64,000 bases of DNA, taken from positions 17,238-81,237 of the forward strand of contig CAYFHS010000004.1 in assembly GCA_964342815.1 (NCBI GenBank), in the 5' to 3' direction. The notes beneath the pieces are model-generated. The model was not told where the DNA came from. It made no database searches and saw only the letters and a list, made by a program, of their open reading frames with translations. This DNA comes from an uncultured archaeon (GTDB lineage Archaea > Thermoplasmatota > Penumbrarchaeia > JASLWR01). Below, in pieces: positions 10,108-20,189 of the stretch; positions within the stretch are counted from its first letter, which is position 1; every line of letters starts with the position of its first letter. Both the position numbers and the translations under genes were made by a program.

Positions 10108-11150
10108 AGGCTCCGCTCGAAGTCGCCTGAATAATCAAATAATTGCTGTCTGATGGTGTCGATATCGGATTTTTCCGGAAAAAAGGCAAAGTTCCTTATG
10201 GGGCGTGACGGGCGCTCGTTGCCGTAAGGCCTGTTACAGGCCACCACCCCGTCATGTCCGGCGCAACCCGATGTCATGAACGCTTCTCCAGATTGGATCA
10301 CACTCTCTACTTCACCGGCAAATTCCAATAGTTCACCCTTATCGCTGAACTTCATATCTTCTGCCCGCTGAATTCCGGAGTTTATAAGGTATCGGGCCAG
10401 CTGAACGCGTCGGTACTGGCCGTAGGAAGGCTGTTTCCAGTTCGACATGGAACTCCCCCCTTCGGGATAGAATGAGAAAAGGTGGGTTTTCGCTCCCCGG
10501 TCCTCTCCTTTCTGAATAATATAAATCATCTCTTTTTCAGTCTCCCCAAGGCCCACGATGAGATGTATTCCCGCCTTTCCTTTTCCGAAACATTCAGCGG
10601 ACCATTCCACCACCTTCCAGTAATGATCCCATTTGTGCGGGCCGTTAACCCCCTCACCCCTGAACTTGCGGAAAAGCTCCCGGGTAGCGGCGTCCACTGC
10701 GATCCCAACCATATCCGCTCCCGCCTCCTTTATCTTCATGACCTTTTCTCTGGAACGTATCAGCGTGGGTGCGATCAAACCGCTTATCAGGAGATCCGTC
10801 TGGTCGCGAAATTTCTTCATGATAGTGCACATGTCCTCATATGCCCTTGGGTGGGTGATCATGGATATGCAAACCCTTCCCAGGTGTTTGCCGTACTTTT
10901 TCGTTCTAGCGAGGATGTCCTCCATGGAAACGATGGGCCAGTCCACTCGAATGAAAGTATTCTCATCCGGATCCCTGGATTGCGAAAGGCCGCAGTAACC
11001 GCAATTTCCCCTGCAGCTGTCATCGTACACCACCAGGAGATTCAATGCATTGAGGCGCTCACCTCGATTGAAACGCCCGGGGAATATTTTCAATGTCATG
11101 GCGGCGGCGGTACTGATCTGCACGTAATCCGGACTTTCTTTGCTACTCAT
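10104..11150 (-). CDS. lipS2: Radical SAM protein, LipS2-type lipoyl synthase subunit
   Basis: CRGNCGYC radical-SAM motif. C-terminal TSGCAG..ACNRPYGNERP resembles the LipS2 TxGCPxCNRP motif. Flanked by lipoate ligases and an H-protein-like gene. Confidence 0.8.
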   Translation of the reverse strand: MSSKESPDYVQISTAAAMTLKIFPGRFNRGERLNALNLLVVYDDSCRGNCGYCGLSQSRDPDENTFIRVDWPIVSMEDILARTKKYGKHLGRVCISMITHPRAYEDMCTIMKKFRDQTDLLISGLIAPTLIRSREKVMKIKEAGADMVGIAVDAATRELFRKFRGEGVNGPHKWDHYWKVVEWSAECFGKGKAGIHLIVGLGETEKEMIYIIQKGEDRGAKTHLFSFYPEGGSSMSNWKQPSYGQYRRVQLARYLINSGIQRAEDMKFSDKGELLEFAGEVESVIQSGEAFMTSGCAGHDGVVACNRPYGNERPSRPIRNFAFFPEKSDIDTIRQQLFDYSGDFERSL

Positions 11151-11586
11151 CCTCTTCCACCTTTTTTATTTCTTCGGAGATCCATTTCAGTATCTTCTCC
11201 TCATTATCAAGAATATATTCGGATTCGTCATCAAGTATTGACGAATCGGGTTTAACAGCAAATATCCATGAATCATAGGGATCTTCATTGATCTTTCGGG
11301 GATTTTTTATTACTTCTTCGTTTACGGCAACGATCTCACCGTCCGTGGGGGAATATATTCTGCTCACGAATTTCGCCGACTCGAAGCTGCCAACAGATTC
11401 ACCCACTTTTACCCGGCTTTCGTTCACCGTGAGAAAGGTCAGATAACCTGCGTACTCCACTAGAAAGGCATCCATCCCGATCTTTATAAGCTCATCCTCT
11501 TGTTTCAACCATATGTGGGCTCCGTCCCTGGTATAATATACTCGATCCAATGGAAAATTCATTCCGTTTATCTCTACCACACTCAT
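11143..11586 (-). CDS. Glycine-cleavage H-like lipoyl carrier protein
   Basis: HIW, KIGMD, ESAKFVSRIYSPTDGEIVAVN, INEDPYDSW with the lipoyl Lys conserved. GGAGGT RBS before the ATG at 11586. Confidence 0.88.
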   Translation of the reverse strand: MSVVEINGMNFPLDRVYYTRDGAHIWLKQEDELIKIGMDAFLVEYAGYLTFLTVNESRVKVGESVGSFESAKFVSRIYSPTDGEIVAVNEEVIKNPRKINEDPYDSWIFAVKPDSSILDDESEYILDNEEKILKWISEEIKKVEEDE

Positions 11587-11670
11587 ACCTCCTTCCGCAG
11601 GAATCCTTTTCAGGTTATTTTCATCCATTTTTCTTTCCCGATAGTATATTGGGCATTTATTATTTTCAGT

Positions 11671-12660
11671 TCAAATATTTTTATTATTCATCATATCGGT
11701 AACGATCTCGATGATCTTTCGGCAGTCATATTCGAGGCCGATCAGTTCATTTTCCAGCTCGTTTCGGTTAACGGTAACGTGTTTACAGGAATTATCTATC
11801 AATATCTTTTCAACTTTGTCACCCGATATTTCGAAAGTAATTCCCAGATCACCCCGATCGCCTGGAAAAATATGATGAAACAGGTACTCTCCTTCCCTAA
11901 CCTTGATCTCCCGGCCAAGCTGCTTTACACCCCTTTGGTACATCCACCGTTCAGATGAATAGTGTTGATCCAGTTCCTTCATCTTTTCGCTGACCGCAGC
12001 GTCCATTGTCCCTTCGGCCATGTGGCCCAATAACTTGGAAAATTTTTCAATCAGTAATGAATAGATTTTTTCCTTCGGTGGAATGTATCCAAGTTCTTCC
12101 CGAACGGTTGTAAGATTTATTTTCATCTGCTCGATATACATTTGTTTTAACTTTCCGCCGCATTTCAATGCCCTTGCCATGGTTTCACGATCGAAATCAA
12201 GCATTATACCCCCTGCCAGCACCCTGCAGTTCCCGATCTCCCCTCCGCCGTTGCCCGATATCTTTTTTGTACCCACCACAAGATCGCATATAGGGCGGTA
12301 AACTGCTTCAATTCCTATCTCTCTCATTGTCTCGGTTACAGGCTGGAGGAATTTTCTGAAAAAATTCTCGGGTATCTTCGGAACACCTTCCCGGTCTCGC
12401 TTCAGAATCAGATTGAAGAATATCTGTCTCGAGTCCAGCAGCACCGTACCGCCGCCGATCTCCCTTCTGAATATACCAATATCGTTATCCTTGCAGTATT
12501 CAAAGTCGATCTCATCCCGGGGGTCCTGGTGAAGACCAAGTGATACGTATCTGCCACCCGGGGAATCCAGCACCAGCCCCTCCATGTCCAACAGGGCCAT
12601 GGCGTGGTATATCAGCTGGGTCTCTTTCCAGTTGGTTTCACCGAGATTATAATATTTCAT
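11671..12660 (-). CDS. Lipoate-protein ligase family protein (resembles sLpl(AB)-type ligases)
   Basis: YNLGETNWKETQLIYHA, RREIGGGTVLLD, DLVVGTKKISGNG, GGIMLDFD. Confidence 0.85.
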   Translation of the reverse strand: MKYYNLGETNWKETQLIYHAMALLDMEGLVLDSPGGRYVSLGLHQDPRDEIDFEYCKDNDIGIFRREIGGGTVLLDSRQIFFNLILKRDREGVPKIPENFFRKFLQPVTETMREIGIEAVYRPICDLVVGTKKISGNGGGEIGNCRVLAGGIMLDFDRETMARALKCGGKLKQMYIEQMKINLTTVREELGYIPPKEKIYSLLIEKFSKLLGHMAEGTMDAAVSEKMKELDQHYSSERWMYQRGVKQLGREIKVREGEYLFHHIFPGDRGDLGITFEISGDKVEKILIDNSCKHVTVNRNELENELIGLEYDCRKIIEIVTDMMNNKNI

Positions 12661-12684
12661 TCATTGACCCCGTAATAAAGAAAT

Positions 12685-12810
12685 TTATTTTTTTTTCTTA
12701 GCACCAAACAATTTTCTTTTGATCCTGCGGTAATTCATTACTATCAAACATATGAGGCAGTAATAACCGCCCATGCAATCTCGGCCGCATCGATAAGGCC
12801 TGTAGCTCAT
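12685..12810 (-). CDS. Small Cys-rich protein, 41 aa (not in ORF track)
   Basis: Manual translation MSYRPYRCGRDCMGGYYCLICLIVMNYRRIKRKLFGAKKKK. GGAGA RBS-like sequence upstream (alternative ATG at 12816). Co-oriented, with its stop 24 bp before the ligase start. Confidence 0.5.
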   Translation of the reverse strand: MSYRPYRCGRDCMGGYYCLICLIVMNYRRIKRKLFGAKKKK

Positions 12811-12984
12811 TTTCATATCTCCATGATGTTTTCGGCGGATATTTCAGTATTACCTATTCATATTAGAAATTCATGTCTGGTAACTATGTCTGTCGATCCG
12901 GATGCTCTATGAATTTTCTGCGTGTGCTTATCCCGCTAAATCCCTTTTCAAAATAATCCACTTGTTATTAAAGTTCGAATTATC

Positions 12985-13866
12985 TTAAAAGTAAGTCTGA
13001 ATTATAGTATGTGCAATGAATCCCAGGTTTATCAGGAACATGGCCAGCATCACCATACCCAGCGAACGGCCGCATTTCATGGGAGCTATGTCATTTTTTA
13101 TGGATAACTGGCTGAACAATAAGGTTGCTCCACCAAGTATTGCAAAGACCAGGAAAACAATGCTCATCTCAAGCAAAACGAACAACCAACCCAGCGCCCC
13201 GATGGTGAGGAGCGCGAAAATGAAGCCGATGCTTGCCAGACGTTCCCTACCCATGAGCACCCCGAAGGTATTTGGTGAATACAGTTTATCCCCCTCATAA
13301 TGCAGTATATTTTCCGGAACATCCAGGCACATTTCCCAGAAGAACACGAAGGCAAATAATCCAACCATGATCCAGTCGAAGGGAGCCAGAGCGATCCATA
13401 CTCCCACCGGTATGAGAGCCGCGGCAAGACTCAGCAGGAAATTATGTTTGTACCATGCTGCATATATTATCATGATCAATATACATGCGCCCTGTATCGA
13501 CGTGCTCAACGGGTCCTGAAATGCTATCCACCATAGTGCAATACCTATAACGATCATCACGATGGAGAAGACGTATGCGGACCTGGGTGACACTCTTCTC
13601 GAGGGCAGAGGTCGGGCCGCATTCACAATTGAATCTTCACGGATACCTATCCAGTCATTCAGTACGTAGATCCCGGTGACCGAAGCCCAGTATCCCACAG
13701 CCCAGATGACGGTATTGAACCGTAAGAATTCTTTCATTGATCCGTCATCCCTAGTGAATATTGCCAATAGACCAGGTACCAGACCGATAAAGAAACATGC
13801 CAGCCACCAACCGGGCCTCAGGAGCTCAATGTATGCGACAAAACCTTTTTTCCCTTCTTCTGCCAT
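12985..13866 (-). CDS. UbiA-family prenyltransferase with degenerate Asp-rich motifs
   Basis: ELLRP, LNDWIGIRED..N..RPLPS, EMCLDVPENILHYEGD, TFGVLMG; multiple hydrophobic helices. Confidence 0.82.
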   Translation of the reverse strand: MAEEGKKGFVAYIELLRPGWWLACFFIGLVPGLLAIFTRDDGSMKEFLRFNTVIWAVGYWASVTGIYVLNDWIGIREDSIVNAARPLPSRRVSPRSAYVFSIVMIVIGIALWWIAFQDPLSTSIQGACILIMIIYAAWYKHNFLLSLAAALIPVGVWIALAPFDWIMVGLFAFVFFWEMCLDVPENILHYEGDKLYSPNTFGVLMGRERLASIGFIFALLTIGALGWLFVLLEMSIVFLVFAILGGATLLFSQLSIKNDIAPMKCGRSLGMVMLAMFLINLGFIAHTIIQTYF

Positions 13867-14027
13867 ATTATCCCTTTTCAATCAAATTTATATGTTTGTG
13901 TAATATGAAATCAAACCCTACTTCGACCATTGGGCATGAGTTTACAGTAAATAACCTTTTCGAATATTTCGTAAAAAAATGATTATTCATCATAGTTTTT
14001 ATGTTGTATTCTATTATGGTTGGATAA

Positions 14028-14947
14028 CTACAACGCGAGAATTCCTGCATTATAAAACAGCAGCGAACCATTCCCTATAAACAAAAAGATCGATAAAACC
14101 AGAATTGCAAAATAACCTCCCTTGAAATCCAATCGGCGTAAGAAATATATGTAACTTACGATCTGGGCAATTGCTATGGGTACGGCCAATGGCAGGAACT
14201 TCATGTCCACGATATAATCCATAAAACACATTAGAAGGACCAGCGACGAAGCGATGGTGATACATGCCACGCCCATATAATAGACCTTTTTTTCCCGAAA
14301 CGGACCGCTATTGTGCTAATGTTCTCGCTGATGTCGGGTTCATAATCGATAATGGTGGTTGGCATGTATATCGCCCCCACCCCAAAAAAACTTATGAAGG
14401 CCCACAAAACTGGAAATTCGTTAATGGGTTTGATGATGGTCCACCCTGCGAGAGTACATATCACCCCGGCACCGATGGCATTTGTGAGAAAGTCCAATAC
14501 GGGTCTCTCCTTCAATCTGAAAGGGGGGGCTGAATAAAGGAACGAAAGGATTATACAGCTGAGAATGAAGAGGAGAAATAACATGGAGATGAAAATGGCT
14601 ACCAAGCATGCGATAAAAAAGAAGAAAAGGGATACATACAATATCGATCTCGGTTTCAGAAGACCCCTTATCAACGGCAGTCCCACCTTTCTTCGATTAC
14701 CGGTATCATAACGGGCGTCCCAGTAATCGTTAAGAAGTATTGTGGCATCGCCCAGAAAAGGCCCGATGGCAATGATACTGGAAATAAACAACCATAATCC
14801 GGAGTATGCCGGAAGAATCCTCTTTGAGGCTAGTGACCAGCCAATATAGAATGGCATTATGGAAACACCCCAGAAGAGAGGTGCCATTTGCCTGGTATAC
14901 CGTCGTATAATCTGAATTGGACTGAGTAAGGTATTTATCAAAGTCAT
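14028..14947 (-). CDS. UbiA-family prenyltransferase, frameshifted at an A7 tract (14287-14293)
   Basis: LLNDYWDARYD, YSAPPFRLKERP, IIDYEPD..TIAVRFG. One extra A joins ORF 14231..14992 to ORF 14028..14276 (FGKKKVYYMGVACITI...). Confidence 0.78.
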
Positions 14948-14972
14948 AATTATCCGATTGTATTTTTGTTGA

Positions 14973-15194
14973 TTAGATGGATTTGGCAACAATATCGGTG
15001 ACGTCCATTATGTTCATTCTGAACTTTTCACCTTTCTTTTTCATCTTTTCCTTCTTCAACTCCACCGCAATTCCCATCTGGGCTTTACAATTCGGGCAGC
15101 TTGATACAAAGGTTTTTGCTCCGAGTTCTATCGCCTCTTCGATCTTGCGCGCAGAGATATCGGTACTCAGATCATAATTTACCGCCTTGCGCCC
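14973..15194 (-). pseudogene. C-terminal fragment of a CCG-domain (HdrD/GlcF-like) protein (not in ORF track)
   Basis: Manual translation GRKAVNYDLSTDISARKIEEAIELGAKTFVSSCPNCKAQM...IMDVTDIVAKSI*, the typical end of a CCG domain. In-frame TAG upstream at 15195-15197 and no start codon. Confidence 0.8.
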
Positions 15195-15289
15195 CTATAC
15201 TCCCGAATACCCCCCAGGTCAGACTGCACCTTGCTGATTATTTCGTCCTCGTCTCTGTATATTTCTATGGATACCAGCGATTCTTCCAT
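15179..15289 (-). pseudogene. Short, probably truncated hypothetical ORF (36 aa)
   Basis: GGAGG RBS, then MEESLVSIEIYRDEDEIISKVQSDLGGIREYRGARR*. Runs into the CCG fragment in another frame. Confidence 0.45.
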
Positions 15290-15439
15290 GTAAGCCCTCC
15301 TTTACAGCTTTCAAGCATTGGTCATATGTTTATTGGTCATATGTTTGTAAATTTTTTATTATACTAATGTAGTATTTTCATTTTTTGGTTATATTCAAGA
15401 TTTTCCAACCAATGTATTGTTATTTTCGGGGCTGGCATT

Positions 15440-15633
15440 TTCACCTACTTTCTTGTGAACGGGTATGGATTCTCCGGTCACCATGGATTCGTCCACATAG
15501 CTCTCGCCAGATATAATCTCCCCGTCAGTGGCGTATCGCTCCCTGGTTTCACCATCACCACACCCCCCACCTCGATGTTCTCCATTAGAATTTTCATTTC
15601 CGCCTCGTTCCTGATGACGATGGCTGTGAAAGC
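15440..15633 (-). pseudogene. Remnant of a P1B-type heavy-metal ATPase actuator domain (CopA/ZntA-like)
   Basis: TAIVIRNEAEMKILMENIEVGGVVMVKPG, then a frameshift, then ERYATDGEIISGESYVDESMVTGESIPVHKKVGE. No transmembrane or catalytic domains. Confidence 0.8.
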
Positions 15634-15654
15634 AAGAACAATGTATGGACCCTC

Positions 15655-18600
15655 TCAAGAATATCGGCCCTTCTCTTTCATGACCTCATATAGCAATAAC
15701 TTTTGAAGTTTCGGATCATCTTTCGAATCATACCTGATATTGCAGTTCGGGCAGGAAGGATCGTCCTCATATATCACCGCATCACATATGAAACAATGAT
15801 ATTCGATTTCACATTTTTTCTCCAATATCTCGAAGTCATAATACGGCTTGACGTAACGACCAGTACCCTTGGGAATTTCCCCGGTTGGTGAATCCGAATT
15901 CTCCTCCCTTTCATCAGATTCAAATCTCATACCACAGTTGGGACAAAAATCCATTCGTTCTTCAACCCCACTATCACAATAAGCACAAAAGTATTCCAAT
16001 TCAACACCGTCATCTGTCCCGGTGGCATCCTCATGCTCCTCCTTTATTCCCACAGCGACATCATCTTGTTCATGCTCTTGCGGTGCCTCCTGCTCCTGGT
16101 CCTGCGTCGGTGCTTCCTCTATTGCCCCGGCATCGGGTGCAACAACCACAGCATATTCCCCGCTCTCCACAACGGTCCCATCAGGTCCAACCACAGAAGG
16201 CGATCTCTCTTTCATCTCGGCTTCCAACTCTTCGAGATCCAAGACCATCAGGTCCAACTCCCGGACAACCTCCGAATAATTACCTTCCTCAAGTGACATC
16301 TTGCTCGAGAGTAGCCTTTCCCGAAGTCGAACGGCACGGGAGTCCTTTTCATCAGCAAACCGTTCAAGTCGTTCCTCAACACCACCTATCTTTCCAGTAT
16401 AGGGGGTCTTTTTCCATTTTTTCCTTTTCGCATCAAGTGACATCTCAATACCTTTCAGGGTACCCACTGCTTCCAGGTACTTCTTTTCATTCATAAGTCC
16501 CTCAATCATGGACAGGAATTCTTGTTCCACCTGGACATCTTCATTCAACCGGACTGCCTCATTTATGGCTTCAAGGACCTTTTCGATACCATCCTCCAAA
16601 ACCTCCCGGAGTTTATCTTTCACTCTGTCCTTCAACTTATCACTTTTCAGCGTTTCCAGAACAATGACCGGTTCTCTTTCTCCCACATCCCCGGGTCCCA
16701 CGTCAACAATGTCAATATCCCCTTCCTCCACATCTTCGAGAACTGCCTCTCCGATGGCTTCAACATTAGTCCTCTCCAAAGACCTTGACCTTTTCCGGGG
16801 CCTGAAAATAATCAGCATAACGAGTAATGCCAGAACCAGCATAACCACTATAATGATCACATAATCGTTTCCGGTATCCCCTGAGCGTACATCAGTTGAA
16901 ACATCTATCTCATGGAATTCCACAACGGGATTTCCATTCTCATCCTCTCCATTGTAGACCACCAGCACATCAACTTTCCCGTCTCCATCTGTGTCTATGG
17001 TGACCATCTGACCCAGCCTGACCTCTACGCTCTTTGCCTGGTCAATATCAATGGTCACACGATAAGGGGTTGATGTGGTCACCAGCACCTCCATCACATC
17101 CCCCCCGACCTGAACATCCCGGGGAACATCTTCAAGGAAGGTCATTTCTGTTGTTTCCTGGGGTTCATCGGGTTCAGAAACCCCTATATCATGAAGCTCA
17201 TCAAGTTCCCTTTCGGTATATGGCGACATCAGAAGGGCCGATTCCTCCTCGGGCCACCAGGTGACATTCATAGGAGTCTCGATATCTATGGCAATGACTC
17301 CCTCTCCAATTGTATATGCTATCCCCTCCAGCCTTCTTTCCAAAGTCCATACATAGTTCCCCGTCTCCACGGGCATCTCGAAAGTCGCCACCCCTGTATT
17401 ATCCGTCATGGCAGAATAGGTTCTAAAGGTTCGGGTCGATGTCTCAAGTTCCAGAACAGCACCAATGATGGAGGTCCCATCAGCCCACATGAATGGCCCA
17501 AGGGAAAGGCCCGTCACCTTCATACCAATGACGGTCACCTGGAGATGATCGCATCCCCACATGCCCGCCTCGTCCCACACGGTGAGGGTGATGTTATATA
17601 TTCCGCAAATGTTGAAGGTGAAGAATGCTTTCATGCCGTGAAGGACCACCGGACTGTTGTTGTATTCAAAGGTCCAGACATAGGAAACTATTCCCACATC
17701 ATCTTCACATCCCCCTCCATCAAGGATAATCACACTTCCCACCTCAACCTCCATATCCAGGCCGGCCATCGCCGTTGGAAAGACAATGTCATTCACAGTG
17801 ACCATGAGCCAGTCAACATGCCCATTCCCCGAACTATCCTCAACATACAATAGAATATTGTACACCCCTGGAATATTGAAGGTATAATTCACCGATTCAC
17901 CCTGGAGTGTTATAATATTATCATCATAGATGAATGTCCAGGTGAAATTCACTATTCCCACATTGTCCAGGCTTCCCCGGGCACTGAGAGCCACCGTTTC
18001 GAACTGGTTCACCTCCACATCCTCACCTGCATCTGCAAAAGGGATGGTTATATCCAGCACGTTGACGGATAGGGTCCCCGATGAACGGTGGCTTGCCATG
18101 TCCTGGATCTGAAGGGTGACCCGGTATACTCCAGGTATGTCAAATCTGTAATCCCAACATTCGCCGTAAAGTGTGATCTCTTCATCATTGTATTCAAAGG
18201 TCCAGGTGTGATTGGCAATGATTCCTGGCTGGGGGTCTGAACATCTACTCCCATTCAACAGGACAAGGGTTCCTTCATCCACAGTGATATTGTCTAGAAC
18301 CACCATGGGAGATGCCGTATCCACCGCCACCGATGCCTGTCCCCACATGGGTCCACCCTCCACATTGCCCGAATGGTCCCTGCTCCTTGAACAGAACTCG
18401 TAGATACCATCGCCATCGGGAACACTGAAGTTCCATTCATACGGTGGCAAAGCATCTGGTCCGCCAAAAGGCATCCAGGGTTCCCACGTAATATTGTCAA
18501 GAGAATGGCGGTAAAGGAGCTCAACCTCAAAAATACCCGTTCCCACATCACCTCCATTCACAGAAATGTTGAAATGACCTGACTGCCAGTATGGTGACAA

Positions 18601-19992
18601 GGAGAGCACACTGGAAACGGGTGGTGCAAACTCGTTCCAGGGATGGAAATTGACATAGTCGCAAACATTATCGCCCTGACCCTTGGCATTGTATATCGAA
18701 TGAAAGGGTCCTGTATCATCACCCCACCAGTTGTTCGTGCCATTCAATATCCCCGTCCCCTCGTTCCTCATACCAAAAAGAGTATTGTTGTCAAGAGTAT
18801 TGTTCTCTATTAATATTCCATCACACCCGGTGATTCCACCCTCCTCCTGGGACCGCTTGCAAATATGAATGCCAATATCATTGTCGGTTATTTCATTGTT
18901 TGAAATATAAATATTGCAGTTCCCACCCCCACCTGTTCCATTCACACCCGAGGTGTCATCGAATTGTATTCCTGCCGTACCTTTGGATAGAACATTTTCC
19001 ATCACGGAAATATCCCTCATCAATGGCATTCCCGACATACCCTGATGTTTTCGGAGCTTCAATCCCCTCTCGGCACCGGTGACGACATTTGATGTGATGG
19101 ATATATTACCAAGGATCGGGGCGCCCACAGGCTCACCGTGTCCAGTGCAGTTCAGATTGATGGCCCACAAATAGATGGCGCCCCAGCTGAAAGGACCTGT
19201 GATATCATTATCCGATATGCTCACACCGTCCACCACGGCAGCCAGAGACGTGGAGGTGTGGGCCTGGAGAAGAATTCCCATATACGGATGAGTATGTGAC
19301 GCGGTGGCGATGACGTTATTTGATATGGTAGAATTGCAGACATTGGTGAGTTCCAGACCTGCCCAAATGCCATCGGTGTGATCAACAACATTGTTCCTGA
19401 CAGTCCAGTTATTAAAGATAGTCCCTGCGCAGTTCCCCACGAGTATCCCATTGTAACTGAGGTTGTGCATGTAGTTATCCTTTACTACGATGTTGTGATT
19501 TGGTGCATCATTCCATGCACATATGGCACACCCCCTGTCACCACCATAATTTTGAAACTCGAACCCTTCCACAGTGATATTGGAAACCCCTCCCTCGAAC
19601 ATGATCGCCTTTCCCTCGGCCCCACCACCATCAAGGACCGGGGCAGAGGGTCCTGGACCCGGGGTGATATCACCAGGGTCGCCCCGTAGTGTCAATTCCC
19701 GGTCTATTGTGATAAATTCATCGTATATACCCGACTTTACAACAATAGTGTCCCCGTTGCTTGCGTTATCAATGGCATCCTGAATGTTGTTGAAATCAGC
19801 AGGACCATCATCATCAACAGTGATGGTAGCCCGGGTAAGACCTGTGGGGCCTTCCGGACCTGGGACGGGTGATGATTTTCCATTATGAAGGGCAACACTG
19901 ACATCGTCGGTGGATAATTCCAACTGGACCATCCCAAAAAATGTGTTTGCCAGCAGGGATGCAACCAATATCATCATGAATATTCTTGCCAT
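15655..19992 (-). CDS. Large surface protein: beta-helix (NosD/CASH) plus 3 PKD domains, single TM and cytoplasmic tail with two Zn ribbons
   Basis: Signal peptide; VDDDGPADFNNIQDAIDNA; N-rich beta-helix repeats; AGxD..S.DNVGI..YTWTF PKD repeats; TM YVIIIVVMLVLALLVMLII; CAYC..CPNC and CFIC..CPNC. Confidence 0.82.
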   Translation of the reverse strand: MARIFMMILVASLLANTFFGMVQLELSTDDVSVALHNGKSSPVPGPEGPTGLTRATITVDDDGPADFNNIQDAIDNASNGDTIVVKSGIYDEFITIDRELTLRGDPGDITPGPGPSAPVLDGGGAEGKAIMFEGGVSNITVEGFEFQNYGGDRGCAICAWNDAPNHNIVVKDNYMHNLSYNGILVGNCAGTIFNNWTVRNNVVDHTDGIWAGLELTNVCNSTISNNVIATASHTHPYMGILLQAHTSTSLAAVVDGVSISDNDITGPFSWGAIYLWAINLNCTGHGEPVGAPILGNISITSNVVTGAERGLKLRKHQGMSGMPLMRDISVMENVLSKGTAGIQFDDTSGVNGTGGGGNCNIYISNNEITDNDIGIHICKRSQEEGGITGCDGILIENNTLDNNTLFGMRNEGTGILNGTNNWWGDDTGPFHSIYNAKGQGDNVCDYVNFHPWNEFAPPVSSVLSLSPYWQSGHFNISVNGGDVGTGIFEVELLYRHSLDNITWEPWMPFGGPDALPPYEWNFSVPDGDGIYEFCSRSRDHSGNVEGGPMWGQASVAVDTASPMVVLDNITVDEGTLVLLNGSRCSDPQPGIIANHTWTFEYNDEEITLYGECWDYRFDIPGVYRVTLQIQDMASHRSSGTLSVNVLDITIPFADAGEDVEVNQFETVALSARGSLDNVGIVNFTWTFIYDDNIITLQGESVNYTFNIPGVYNILLYVEDSSGNGHVDWLMVTVNDIVFPTAMAGLDMEVEVGSVIILDGGGCEDDVGIVSYVWTFEYNNSPVVLHGMKAFFTFNICGIYNITLTVWDEAGMWGCDHLQVTVIGMKVTGLSLGPFMWADGTSIIGAVLELETSTRTFRTYSAMTDNTGVATFEMPVETGNYVWTLERRLEGIAYTIGEGVIAIDIETPMNVTWWPEEESALLMSPYTERELDELHDIGVSEPDEPQETTEMTFLEDVPRDVQVGGDVMEVLVTTSTPYRVTIDIDQAKSVEVRLGQMVTIDTDGDGKVDVLVVYNGEDENGNPVVEFHEIDVSTDVRSGDTGNDYVIIIVVMLVLALLVMLIIFRPRKRSRSLERTNVEAIGEAVLEDVEEGDIDIVDVGPGDVGEREPVIVLETLKSDKLKDRVKDKLREVLEDGIEKVLEAINEAVRLNEDVQVEQEFLSMIEGLMNEKKYLEAVGTLKGIEMSLDAKRKKWKKTPYTGKIGGVEERLERFADEKDSRAVRLRERLLSSKMSLEEGNYSEVVRELDLMVLDLEELEAEMKERSPSVVGPDGTVVESGEYAVVVAPDAGAIEEAPTQDQEQEAPQEHEQDDVAVGIKEEHEDATGTDDGVELEYFCAYCDSGVEERMDFCPNCGMRFESDEREENSDSPTGEIPKGTGRYVKPYYDFEILEKKCEIEYHCFICDAVIYEDDPSCPNCNIRYDSKDDPKLQKLLLYEVMKEKGRYS

Positions 19993-20025
19993 TTCATCAC
20001 CAAATATTAACCTTGAAAAATATCA

Positions 20026-20100
20026 GAAAATACCTTGATATTAAACCCGGAAAATACCTTGTAAAATAATTTATGGAAGTGGTAATATATTAAAATACCT
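20026..20100. promoter_or_regulatory. Direct repeats GAAAATACCTTG upstream of the 1445-aa gene
   Basis: Perfect 12-mer at 20026-20037 and 20050-20061, with a partial AAAATACCT at 20092-20100. Confidence 0.45.
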
Positions 20101-20189
20101 AAATTATTTAAAAAGTATTTACCATTGACCCACAATTTCACATCTACCTGATAACTTGCCAATGTACCATCAAGGGTGTACTTCATTAG

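Noticed and set aside
14287-14293. Programmed -1 ribosomal frameshift in ubiA
   Set aside because: No canonical slippery heptamer in frame, and the upstream product would be a truncated membrane enzyme. Similar homopolymer losses elsewhere point to error.
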